Positions 1 through 8,441 of a stretch of DNA of 64,000 nt are shown here, in pieces. The notes beneath the pieces are model-generated. The model searched no databases and was not told where the DNA came from. It worked only from the letters and a program-made list of their open reading frames with translations. The stretch is from Spirochaetia bacterium (lineage in GTDB: Bacteria > Spirochaetota > Spirochaetia > UBA9216): contig OY776510.1 in the NCBI GenBank assembly GCA_963675665.1, positions 3,552,001-3,616,000 of the forward strand. Reading direction: 5' to 3'. Position numbers and translations under genes: made by a program. Numbering within the stretch: the first letter of the stretch is position 1; each line of letters starts with the position of its first letter.

Positions 1-1951
1 CATATACTTTCGCAAGCTTTTCAGCGTACTCGCCCGGTTCCGCAATATTTTCAAGCTGATCAAGAATTTTCTGCGGAAAAATATGGGAAAAAAGAGCATC
101 TTCCCGATCTTTCAAAAGGTTCTTTCTCATTACTTCTACAGCATGCGAATAATTATGCAATGTTTCTCTCATTTTTGAATGCTGGTTTTCGATAATTTCC
201 TGAGCACGTTCAAGTTCCCGGCCGGCACGATGGTCGGCCAGCGGCTTATCGTCAGAAAACTTCAGAATCTTTTCCGGAATAAATTCCGCTATGCCGTATC
301 TTTGAAACAGTCGGTCTTCAAGACTTACAAGAAAAAGGCTTTCGCCCGGATCTCCCTGACGGCCCGCTCTGCCGCGCAACTGATTATCAATACGCCGGCT
401 TTCGTGCCTGTTAAGGCTGATAACAATTAAGCCGCCCAGGCTGGTAACAAAATCTTCATCAACACGTTCGGGCCCGCCCAGCAAAATATCAGTGCCGCGG
501 CCGGCCATATTTGTCGAAACAGTTACGGCGCCGGGCATCCCTGCATCGGCAATAATAACAGCTTCTTCGGCATCATTAACTGCATTAAGCACATTATGTT
601 TTATACCTTCCGCCAGAAGCATTTCAGATACATGTTCAGATTCATAAACCGAAGCCGTGCCTATCAAAACCGGGCGACCGACAATATTATATTGCTTAAC
701 CTTTTTTAGAAACTCGGTATATTTGGCTGCTTTTGTTTTATAAATAAGATCGGGATTATCTTTTCTTATTTTCTGCATATGCTCAGGAATAATAAATGTT
801 TGCATTCCATACTTTTTATAAAATTCTAACGCAGCAGATTCTGCTGTTGCAGTCATTCCTGAAATATTCGGGTAAAGTTTGACGAAATTTTCAATTGTTA
901 TGCTTCCGCATATTTCTCCGTTATTATTTATACTCAATCCTTCCTTGGCTTCCAATGCCCGCTGTATTCCGAAAGGCCATTCTCTTTTTTCAGCAACACG
1001 GCCGGTCAGTTCATCAACGAGCTCGATTTTATCTCTTCTGACGATATAGTCAATATTCCTGGAAAGAAGTTTTTCAGCATGCAATGCCACATTTACTCCT
1101 GCAACGGCATCCTGACCCTCAGGAGTTATTTCATCAACATCCAGTATATTGCAAATATGTTTTATTCCTTTTGATGTCAATGTACACTTTCGGCAAGTTC
1201 GATTAATTTGAAAATCTGTGCCGTCTTCAAGTTTATGGACTAATGACTCATAAAGAATGTGCCCGGCAAGTAAACCGTCTTTCTCTCTGGCAATAACAAG
1301 AGGAATTCGTGCTTCATCAATCAGAATGAAATCTGCTTCGTCTACAATGCAGTTTTCAAACCGTATATTAATTTTCAGTTTTTTGTTATACTGTATACAG
1401 TCGTTAAGATAATCAAAACCTGCCTGTTTGGCTGTAAGATATACAACATCAGCACGGTAGGCGGTTCTTTTCTCTTCAAGAGTCATTTTTTCATCAACAT
1501 AAGCGCAGTTTATTCCCAGTATGGAGTAAACTTCACCCATCCACATCGCATCACGTTTGGCAAGATATTCATTGGCTGTAAATATTGCAGTATGGGCTCC
1601 GTCTGCGGCATTAATAACAGCCGGAAAAACAGCAGCAATCGTTTTGCCTTCACCTGTTTCCATTTGTACAAGATTTTTTTCAAGCATTATTTTTCCGGCA
1701 ATTATCTGTTCAGAATAGGGTTGAATTCCGAGTGCCAGATTAACTGCTTTATTTATTGCAGCAAATTTTTCAGTCAAACTGCCGTTTGACATGTATTTTT
1801 TTATTACTTTTTTTGAGTTAGATGTAATTTTAATCGATTTTACTTTTTCCGCAAAATCAACATAATTCTGTAAATTAATATGTATGGGGATTCCCTTTGC
1901 ACGTTTGAGGGCATAATTCAACTGCTCTCCTGTGCTGTATCTGTTTTTCAT
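1..1951 (-). CDS. secA2: Accessory preprotein translocase ATPase, SecA paralog (SecA2-like); 3' end runs off the window
   Basis: Not in the ORF track because there is no stop in the window. Manual translation from ATG 1951 (SD GGAG upstream) gives MKNRYSTGEQLNYALKRAKGIPIHINLQNY..., Walker A METGEGKT (1640-1663), TANEYLAKRDA, IVDEADFILIDEARIPL (DEAD at 1331-1342), STNMAGRGTDILLGG and RHESRRIDNQLRGRAGRQGDPG; at least 650 codons. Confidence 0.93.
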   Translation of the reverse strand, partial: MKNRYSTGEQLNYALKRAKGIPIHINLQNYVDFAEKVKSIKITSNSKKVIKKYMSNGSLTEKFAAINKAVNLALGIQPYSEQIIAGKIMLEKNLVQMETGEGKTIAAVFPAVINAADGAHTAIFTANEYLAKRDAMWMGEVYSILGINCAYVDEKMTLEEKRTAYRADVVYLTAKQAGFDYLNDCIQYNKKLKINIRFENCIVDEADFILIDEARIPLVIAREKDGLLAGHILYESLVHKLEDGTDFQINRTCRKCTLTSKGIKHICNILDVDEITPEGQDAVAGVNVALHAEKLLSRNIDYIVRRDKIELVDELTGRVAEKREWPFGIQRALEAKEGLSINNNGEICGSITIENFVKLYPNISGMTATAESAALEFYKKYGMQTFIIPEHMQKIRKDNPDLIYKTKAAKYTEFLKKVKQYNIVGRPVLIGTASVYESEHVSEMLLAEGIKHNVLNAVNDAEEAVIIADAGMPGAVTVSTNMAGRGTDILLGGPERVDEDFVTSLGGLIVISLNRHESRRIDNQLRGRAGRQGDPGESLFLVSLEDRLFQRYGIAEFIPEKILKFSDDKPLADHRAGRELERAQEIIENQHSKMRETLHNYSHAVEVMRKNLLKDREDALFSHIFPQKILDQLENIAEPGEYAEKLAKVY

Positions 1952-2013
1952 TACTGCTCCCGGGCTTTAATTAATCTTTAGAGTCTTTATCAAGTCTTTT
2001 AACAGGAACAGTA
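1952..2013 (-). promoter_or_regulatory. Shine-Dalgarno-sequestering mRNA hairpin between the RAPP uORF and secA2
   Basis: mRNA 5'-UACUGUUCCUG-3' (2013-2003) pairs with 5'-CGGGAGCAGUA-3' (1962-1952): 11 contiguous pairs including 2 G-U, covering the GGAG SD. Confidence 0.75.
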
Positions 2014-2223
2014 TGGCGGGGCCCTTGTGTTTATATATATTGGAGATTCTTTCTTTCCGTAATAATTTTGGACAATTCCAGTTGCTGAAACAATCAATGC
2101 AAATAGAATGATGAAGATACCTGGTACCTCAGCATTAATACCGGAAACAGTTAACAGCATAATGACCAGAATTATTGCGGTAATAATTTTAATTATTTTT
2201 GAATGATGTATTCCGACCGGCAT
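1999..2223 (-). CDS. Putative translation-arrest (secretion monitor) leader peptide with signal peptide and C-terminal RAPP motif
   Basis: 74 aa; basic n-region, hydrophobic I13-V26, possible cleavage INA|E, second hydrophobic stretch 33-51, ends PIYINTRAPPYCSC; lies immediately upstream of secA2. Confidence 0.8.
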   Translation of the reverse strand: MPVGIHHSKIIKIITAIILVIMLLTVSGINAEVPGIFIILFALIVSATGIVQNYYGKKESPIYINTRAPPYCSC

Positions 2224-2259
2224 ATTATAAAATTAAACATTATATTCCGGGACCGTCAA
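2224..2259 (-). promoter_or_regulatory. Putative sigma70 promoter giving a leaderless transcript of the RAPP uORF-secA2 unit
   Basis: TTGACG (2259-2254)-N18-TAATTT-N6-ATG; no SD in front of the ATG. Confidence 0.5.
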
Positions 2260-2355
2260 GAAAAATATCCTTAAATTATGAATGAATATATGAAAGAATA
2301 AAAAATCGACGTATCGGGAAGTGATATGTTAAAATACATATAACGGAGGTAAAAG

Positions 2356-2742
2356 ATGAAAAAGCTTACGCAATATCTTGCATCAATCGGTGCTGATAAT
2401 TATTTTAACGAGATGCGCCTTTCGATAAACGAACTTTTTCTCAGCGATGATATTGAAATAAATCCTTACACCGAACATAACTGGGAACTTCGTAAAAATA
2501 AAGATGTTACAGTCGTAAATGCTATTCCGGACAGTGAAAAACAGGACAGGCTTTTCTGGGAAGAGTGGTACATATATCAAAATGAGGTTCATCACCACAT
2601 TCTTACAATCTGGAAACCGGCAACTTATAATGATATTTTCGACTGCCCCGAATCAGATGATATTCATCCAGAAGCCAGTTTCGGCAAACGCTGGTATGTT
2701 ATTGACGATCCTGACATGACGCCGCTGCTTCTGAGGAGATAA
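2356..2742 (+). CDS. Hypothetical protein (128 aa, Trp/His/acidic-rich)
   Basis: Strong SD GGAGG 6-7 nt upstream, clean ORF in an intergenic gap; no family recognised. Confidence 0.75.
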   Translation: MKKLTQYLASIGADNYFNEMRLSINELFLSDDIEINPYTEHNWELRKNKDVTVVNAIPDSEKQDRLFWEEWYIYQNEVHHHILTIWKPATYNDIFDCPESDDIHPEASFGKRWYVIDDPDMTPLLLRR

Positions 2743-2763
2743 GAAAACTGTCCGTTTGCCTGT

Positions 2764-3960
2764 TCAGGATTTGTTTCTAACAACAGAAATTACTGAAAAT
2801 GCAACTGTCAAAACAGCTGCAGCTGCGGCCATTATAATGAATGCAGTTCTGAATGAATAAATCTCTGCTGCTGCTCCTATCATTGGAAAAAGGATAACCA
2901 TTAATAAGCTGAATATCATACTTCGAAACGACAACACAGTAGCACGAATTTCAGAAGGTATCATTTTATTAAGGTAATCCGATATAACAATGAAAGTGAC
3001 GCCTTCTATAAAGCCTGTTATTATAAAAAACAATGATTTAAAAGGTGTCACAGCGACTCCCCATAAACAAACGGTAAGCATTGATAAAAGAAAAATAAAA
3101 AGCCGTTTTTCCCCGAATTTTTTTTCAATCCAGGCTGCCGAAATCGATGACATTGCAGACAATCCGGCGGAAACTGCATATACAATTCCTATATAACTTT
3201 CTGCTTTACCGTTGAGTTTGAAGTAATTCTGTATGTAAAAGAACAGGCTTGTCGTAAAAGTCAGTATTGTCTCGGAAAATATAATCAGAAACATTATTCT
3301 TGGTTTTGATTTGACAAGCTTCAGGCTGTCAAAAAGTATCACGCCGAATTCCCTGATTCCATTGGCGGTTTTTCCCGAATGATCTTCAGAGTTTTTATTA
3401 AGATATGGTTCATTAAAGGTCAGTCCGGTTAAAAATGATATTATTACTGAACATCCGGAAAAAATGAATACATAATCATATCCCAGGTTTGAAGCTGTAA
3501 GCCCTCCCAGTGCAAATGAGATTATCATTCCGGATTGAAATGCCACTTCGGTAAAGCCTGCAATACGTTTATACCGGCTTTCTTCTCCGAGATATTTCAA
3601 TGTATCATAGGAAAAAGCTTCTCCCGCGCCCGATTCAAGATTGTACCCGAATGCGCAAACTGAAAAACCAATTGCCTGTAGAACAAAATTGTCGGCCGCC
3701 CACATTATTATCAGGCTAATAAAAAACAGCAAACGCCCTCCGAGCCTGCAGTACTTTCTGCCTATAAGATCGGCAAGGGCTCCGGACGGTATTTCAAAGA
3801 GCATTGAACTTATATGAAAAATACTTTCAAGAATTCCTAGTTCAATTAATGAGAAGCCTTTCTGTGCAAGGTATATCATCCATAACCCGGATGTAAATTG
3901 TACGTTTGAAAAGAAAACAAAAAGATAATTTTTTGGAATATTACGCCTGTAGTCCACCAT
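2764..3960 (-). CDS. MFS transporter (about 12 TM)
   Basis: Motif A-like EIPSGALADLIGRK, many hydrophobic helices, IPSEIRATVLS; start moved to ATG 3960 (SD AGGTG) from track start 3990. Confidence 0.9.
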   Translation of the reverse strand: MVDYRRNIPKNYLFVFFSNVQFTSGLWMIYLAQKGFSLIELGILESIFHISSMLFEIPSGALADLIGRKYCRLGGRLLFFISLIIMWAADNFVLQAIGFSVCAFGYNLESGAGEAFSYDTLKYLGEESRYKRIAGFTEVAFQSGMIISFALGGLTASNLGYDYVFIFSGCSVIISFLTGLTFNEPYLNKNSEDHSGKTANGIREFGVILFDSLKLVKSKPRIMFLIIFSETILTFTTSLFFYIQNYFKLNGKAESYIGIVYAVSAGLSAMSSISAAWIEKKFGEKRLFIFLLSMLTVCLWGVAVTPFKSLFFIITGFIEGVTFIVISDYLNKMIPSEIRATVLSFRSMIFSLLMVILFPMIGAAAEIYSFRTAFIIMAAAAAVLTVAFSVISVVRNKS

Positions 3961-4177
3961 AAAGACACCTATAAAAAGAGATATTTCCATTTTTACAGAT
4001 TAAATGACTATTCAAGCGCCACCGCTTCTATTCAGCCCGATTTTAACCTGGCTAAGATTATATTAGACATTTCCCCGGCTTGTCTACAAAATAACCACTA
4101 ATCTGATTGAACATTTTACTTCCGAAACTGTATACTGATTTCTCAGCTTCCAGTATAAATATCTTTCAGGAGTTTTA

Positions 4178-5071
4178 ATGCGGCAGGTACACAGACAAAT
4201 CCAGTGGTTTCCGGGACATATGAATAAAACCCGAAGACTGATTGAGGAACATCTCAGCAGAATTGACATTGTCGTTGAAATTCTTGATGCGCGTATACCG
4301 CAGTCAAGCCGGAATCCCCTGCTTGAAGAAATTACAAAAGAAAAGCCTGTTCTTCTTGTTCTGAATAAATCGGATCTGGCAGATAAACAACTTACAGCCG
4401 CATGGATAGAATATTATAAAAATGAAGGCTATCACTCGATTGCTGTTACATCAACCGAAACAAAAACAGTTACCGGCATATTAGGCAGTTGCCGTCAGAT
4501 TGTTGAAAACAGTACAGAAAAAACCGGAGCCAAAATAAATATTCTTGTAGCGGGAATTCCTAACGTCGGTAAATCGACAATTATAAATGCGCTGAAAAAG
4601 CAAAAGAAAGCTTCCGTTCAGAATAAACCCGGACATACGAAAGACTTTCAGCGAATAGTAATATCGAATACAATGACGCTCATTGATACGCCGGGTATCC
4701 TATGGCATAAATTTGAACCCGAAACAGGCTACAGACTTGCAGTTATGGGTTCAATCAGGGATTCCATTCTTGATATGTTCAATATTGCATCTGCAGCGCT
4801 TATTATGCTTAAAAATGCATACCCGCAATACCTTGCAGAAAGGTTTAACCTTGAAACTGATTCAATGCCGGATACTGAAGAAGAACTTATTGCATTGATA
4901 GGGCGCAGCCGCGGAATGCTTCAGAAGGGAGGAGTTGTCGATTTTGAAAGGGCATGTAATGTAATTGTCAGGGAAATACGCGACGGCAAAATGGGTAATA
5001 TGACTTTTGAATCCCCGGATATCTCGGATAAAAGGTTTTCAGCAAAAATATTTGAAAATCTGCAGCTTTAA
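4178..5071 (+). CDS. rbgA: Ribosome biogenesis GTPase RbgA/YlqF
   Basis: IQWFPGHM N-terminus, DARIP, NKSD, GIPNVGKST, DTPG; circularly permuted GTPase. Confidence 0.96.
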   Translation: MRQVHRQIQWFPGHMNKTRRLIEEHLSRIDIVVEILDARIPQSSRNPLLEEITKEKPVLLVLNKSDLADKQLTAAWIEYYKNEGYHSIAVTSTETKTVTGILGSCRQIVENSTEKTGAKINILVAGIPNVGKSTIINALKKQKKASVQNKPGHTKDFQRIVISNTMTLIDTPGILWHKFEPETGYRLAVMGSIRDSILDMFNIASAALIMLKNAYPQYLAERFNLETDSMPDTEEELIALIGRSRGMLQKGGVVDFERACNVIVREIRDGKMGNMTFESPDISDKRFSAKIFENLQL

Positions 5072-5077
5072 AAATAA

Positions 5078-5821
5078 TTAAATCTCCGGATATGTTATAT
5101 CTACGGAAGAATCAAATTTATATACAACATCTTTTCGCTCGACCCTGATTTTTATCTTTGAAGCAAGTTCTTGATCATTTTTCAGATTGCTTAGCAACTC
5201 CCTTGTAGGATTAATTGCAACAGGATTTCCAGTCATTCTGAACATTGAAATATCACCGTTAGTATCTCCGTAGGAAAAACTTTTTCGAAGGTCAATTTTA
5301 TACATTTCGGCAAAACAGTTTATTGCTTTCATCTTGCTGTCCGCGTCCCACATTGCTCCGACTTCTCCAGTATACCTTCCTTTTTTATCAACATAGTATT
5401 TTGTTCCAATGCTGTCGGTTATATCATAAAGTTCGGCCATTCGTCGCACAAGATAATCAGGACTGCCTGAGACAAAGAACACAAGGTGTCCCGATGCTTT
5501 GTGAAACTCTATCTTGTCGCGCGTATACATATAAACCTTATCGCCCTTCAGCCTGATTACCTGGTCAGTGACAAAATCCATTTTGGACTTTTCAAGGCCT
5601 TTAAGTGATCTAAGATATATTTTTGATAGTTCCATAAGATAATCATCATAATTACCGCGCCGTTTCTTCCAGTTCTGGTAAGTGTGTTTTACATTCGTAT
5701 GCCATAAAGCTTCATCAAGAACGTCATATTTTAACAGTTTTTTAAAATGTTCAATCATCAATGAATCACGGTATAAAGTACCGTCAATATCAAAAAAAGC
5801 ACCAATTTTATCTGATTCCAT
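5078..5821 (-). CDS. HAD-superfamily subfamily IB hydrolase
   Basis: FFDIDGTL motif I, VSGS motif II, YGDTNGD motif IV. Confidence 0.9.
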   Translation of the reverse strand: MESDKIGAFFDIDGTLYRDSLMIEHFKKLLKYDVLDEALWHTNVKHTYQNWKKRRGNYDDYLMELSKIYLRSLKGLEKSKMDFVTDQVIRLKGDKVYMYTRDKIEFHKASGHLVFFVSGSPDYLVRRMAELYDITDSIGTKYYVDKKGRYTGEVGAMWDADSKMKAINCFAEMYKIDLRKSFSYGDTNGDISMFRMTGNPVAINPTRELLSNLKNDQELASKIKIRVERKDVVYKFDSSVDITYPEI

Positions 5822-5935
5822 AGCGTTCAGGATTGCATGTTATTTTTCAGCTGTCAACTCCCGGCAGCTGGATGTTTAAACATACCGATATCGGTTTAAA
5901 TGTTGCTTTTTTCTCTGCAGCGGATTACTATCGCC

Positions 5936-7195
5936 ATGATGAATAATTTTGACCTAATCATTATCGGTGCCGGTCCTGCAGGTCTTTTTTCCGCAATACA
6001 ATGCGCATCAAAAGGGCTTTCGGTATGTATTTTTGAATCCGGTAAAAGCGCCGGGAAAAAACTTCTTTTGACGGGACAGGGAAAATGCAATATTACAAAT
6101 TCACTACCGCCTGCTGATTTTATTAATCATTACGGATCAAAACTCAGATTCGTAAGAAATTGCATTTACTCCTTTTCCAACAATGATCTAATCAACTTTT
6201 TTCTAAGCGGCGGGCTTAAACTTGTAGATCGTGGCGACGGTAAAATATTTCCGGAATCTGAATCATCTGTCGATGTGCTCAACCATCTTCTTAGCCTGTG
6301 CAGAAAATATGACGTTCAATTCCGTTTTAATAGCAGGGTTTCGAGTGCTGACCACGATGGAAACCGTTTCACCACAACCTCCAGCAAAAGCAACGCTTCG
6401 GCAGGAGCATTGCTTATAGCCACTGGCGGTTTTACCTTTCCATCTACGGGCTCAGACGGAAGCGGATGCAAACTTGCAGAAAATTTCGGGCATAACATTG
6501 TTCCGCTGAAACCGGCCCTTGCCGGGATTGAAACAAACATAATTGCGGCCGAAAAGTTAAGCTACTGTGCTGGTATCAGTGTTGAATGCAGTTATACTCT
6601 GGTCAGAAACGCCAAACATCTTAACAAATACAGCGGAAGGCTTCTTTTTACACATAACGGATTATCCGGACCCGTAATTATCGACAACAGCCGTGATTTT
6701 TCGCCTGAAGACATTTTAAAAATCAATCTGATGCACGATATGTCTTTTGAAGATTTAAATACAGCCCTGATTGAATACAGCCGCAGTAACGGTAAAAGCA
6801 GCTTAAAAACTTTTTTTACAAAAACAGGTCTTCCTGATCGTCTTGTAAAAACCGTATTCATAATTTCCGGCGAAGCATCAAGTACTGACCTCAAATCGGC
6901 TGAAACATCCGCATTCTTGCGTAAAAAACTTTCGTCATTCTTTACCGGAATGGAAATTCCCGTTCTAAATGTTGAAGGGTGCAATAAGGCAATGTGTACG
7001 GCCGGAGGAGTGGATACTGCTGAAATCAACCCCGGAACCATGGAATCAAGAATAAAAGAAGGCCTTTATTTTGCAGGCGAAGTTATAGATGTTGATGGGG
7101 ACAGCGGCGGATTTAATCTTCAGTTTGCCTTTTCTTCTGCAAATTCCGCCGCTGAAGCTGTTTTAAAGAAGTACAAAATAAATATAAATGCTTGA
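5936..7195 (+). CDS. HI0933/BaiN/YhiN-family FAD-dependent oxidoreductase
   Basis: IIIGAGPAG, GKKLLLTGQGKCNITN, ATGG..P.TGSDG.G, LLFTHNGLSGP, TAGGV, GLYFAGEVIDVDGDSGGFNLQ; likely start 5936 or 5939. Confidence 0.93.
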   Translation: MMNNFDLIIIGAGPAGLFSAIQCASKGLSVCIFESGKSAGKKLLLTGQGKCNITNSLPPADFINHYGSKLRFVRNCIYSFSNNDLINFFLSGGLKLVDRGDGKIFPESESSVDVLNHLLSLCRKYDVQFRFNSRVSSADHDGNRFTTTSSKSNASAGALLIATGGFTFPSTGSDGSGCKLAENFGHNIVPLKPALAGIETNIIAAEKLSYCAGISVECSYTLVRNAKHLNKYSGRLLFTHNGLSGPVIIDNSRDFSPEDILKINLMHDMSFEDLNTALIEYSRSNGKSSLKTFFTKTGLPDRLVKTVFIISGEASSTDLKSAETSAFLRKKLSSFFTGMEIPVLNVEGCNKAMCTAGGVDTAEINPGTMESRIKEGLYFAGEVIDVDGDSGGFNLQFAFSSANSAAEAVLKKYKININA

Positions 7196-8440
7196 TGTTA
7201 TTAAAGTTATAACAGTTATAAAAGCACTGTATTTGGTAAAATCAAGAAAACTTATTTTAAATCCGCTTTTTCCGGCAATTCCTGCGCCGACAACATTTGC
7301 CGATGCTCCAATCAGGGTCCCGTTTCCGCCTAGACATGAACCAAGTGCAAGAGACCACCACACAGGTTGAACAGCTGCCTGACCCATAACCGCTTCCATA
7401 TGTTCGACCAAAGGAACCATTGTAGCAACATAAGGGATATTATCCACTATAGCAGACATAATCCCCGACAGCCAGATAATAAGTTCCGAAGTAAGAGCAA
7501 TATTTCCTTCGGTGAATGAAAGTAGAGCAGTAGACAGCATCTCAATTATTCCAAGCTCAACAAGCCCGCCTACCAGAATAAACAGTCCGATAAAGAAAAA
7601 AATTGTACCCCATTCAACCTCATGAAAAAAATGATCAACTTCTTCAGAGCCGGCAAGAAGCATAAGCAAAGCTGCTCCGAAAAGCGATATTGTAGCTGGT
7701 TTCAGGCCCAGATGATCATGAAGCAGAAAACCGATAATTACCAGGCTTATTACTATAAGACTTTTAACCAGAAGAGGCTTGTCTTTAATGGACTGGCTTT
7801 CATCAAATTCCATAATTCTCGCACGTCTTTCGATACTTACCTTCAACTGCTTTCTGAATAGAAAATATATAATAAAGCAGAGCAGTATAAAATTAATCAA
7901 AACTATAGGACCGAGTGTTTTAAGGAAATCCAGAAAGCCCAAATCAGCGGCCGAACCTATCATTATATTCGGAGGGTCTCCTATAAGGGTTGCAGTCCCG
8001 CCTATGTTGGACGCAATTGCACAGCTTATAACGAAAGGGACAGGAGAGACGCCGAGCTCTACCGCAACAAGTATGATCACCGGCGTCAGGATCATTACTG
8101 TAGTTACGTTATCAAGAATGGCCGAAAACAATGCGCTGATGAATGAAAAAAGTATTAATATTCTTACAGGCTCACCGTTAACCGCTTTCGCAGTCTTTAT
8201 TGCGGTATACTGGAATATACCGGAGTTCTTTGTAATACCTACAATCACCATCATTCCTATCAGAAGGAAAATTACGTTCCAGTCTATTTCTTCAAATGCC
8301 GCATCCTGTCCTATAATCCCCAGAATTATAAAGATTACCGCGCCAAGAAGCGAAACAATTGTTTTATTTATTTTTTCAAGCGTTATCAGCACAAAGCATA
8401 TTATGAATATGGATAAGCCTATTATCATAGTTAAAGTCAT
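7163..8440 (-). CDS. ArsB/NhaD (ion transporter superfamily, SLC13/P-protein-like) permease
   Basis: SAILDNVTT, ASNIGGTATLIGDPPN, SAIVDNIP, LGGNGTLIGASAN; start moved to ATG 8440 (SD GGAGG). Confidence 0.92.
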   Translation of the reverse strand: MTLTMIIGLSIFIICFVLITLEKINKTIVSLLGAVIFIILGIIGQDAAFEEIDWNVIFLLIGMMVIVGITKNSGIFQYTAIKTAKAVNGEPVRILILFSFISALFSAILDNVTTVMILTPVIILVAVELGVSPVPFVISCAIASNIGGTATLIGDPPNIMIGSAADLGFLDFLKTLGPIVLINFILLCFIIYFLFRKQLKVSIERRARIMEFDESQSIKDKPLLVKSLIVISLVIIGFLLHDHLGLKPATISLFGAALLMLLAGSEEVDHFFHEVEWGTIFFFIGLFILVGGLVELGIIEMLSTALLSFTEGNIALTSELIIWLSGIMSAIVDNIPYVATMVPLVEHMEAVMGQAAVQPVWWSLALGSCLGGNGTLIGASANVVGAGIAGKSGFKISFLDFTKYSAFITVITLITSSIYIYFVLL

Positions 8441-8441
8441 T

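Noticed and set aside
179-1789. Plus-strand ORFs 179-430 and 1592-1789
   Set aside because: Antisense shadows of the secA2 gene, which has clear motifs on the minus strand
1999-2013. C-terminal CSC of the uORF as a metal-sensing motif, as in Cys-containing RAPP leaders of copper genes
   Set aside because: The cysteines come after the predicted arrest point, so they would not be made during stalling; their codons are explained by pairing with the secA2 SD; no metal genes are adjacent
4032-4070. 12-aa minus-strand ORF MSNIILARLKSG upstream of the MFS gene
   Set aside because: Its ATG lies inside the spacer of the likeliest promoter, so it is probably not transcribed
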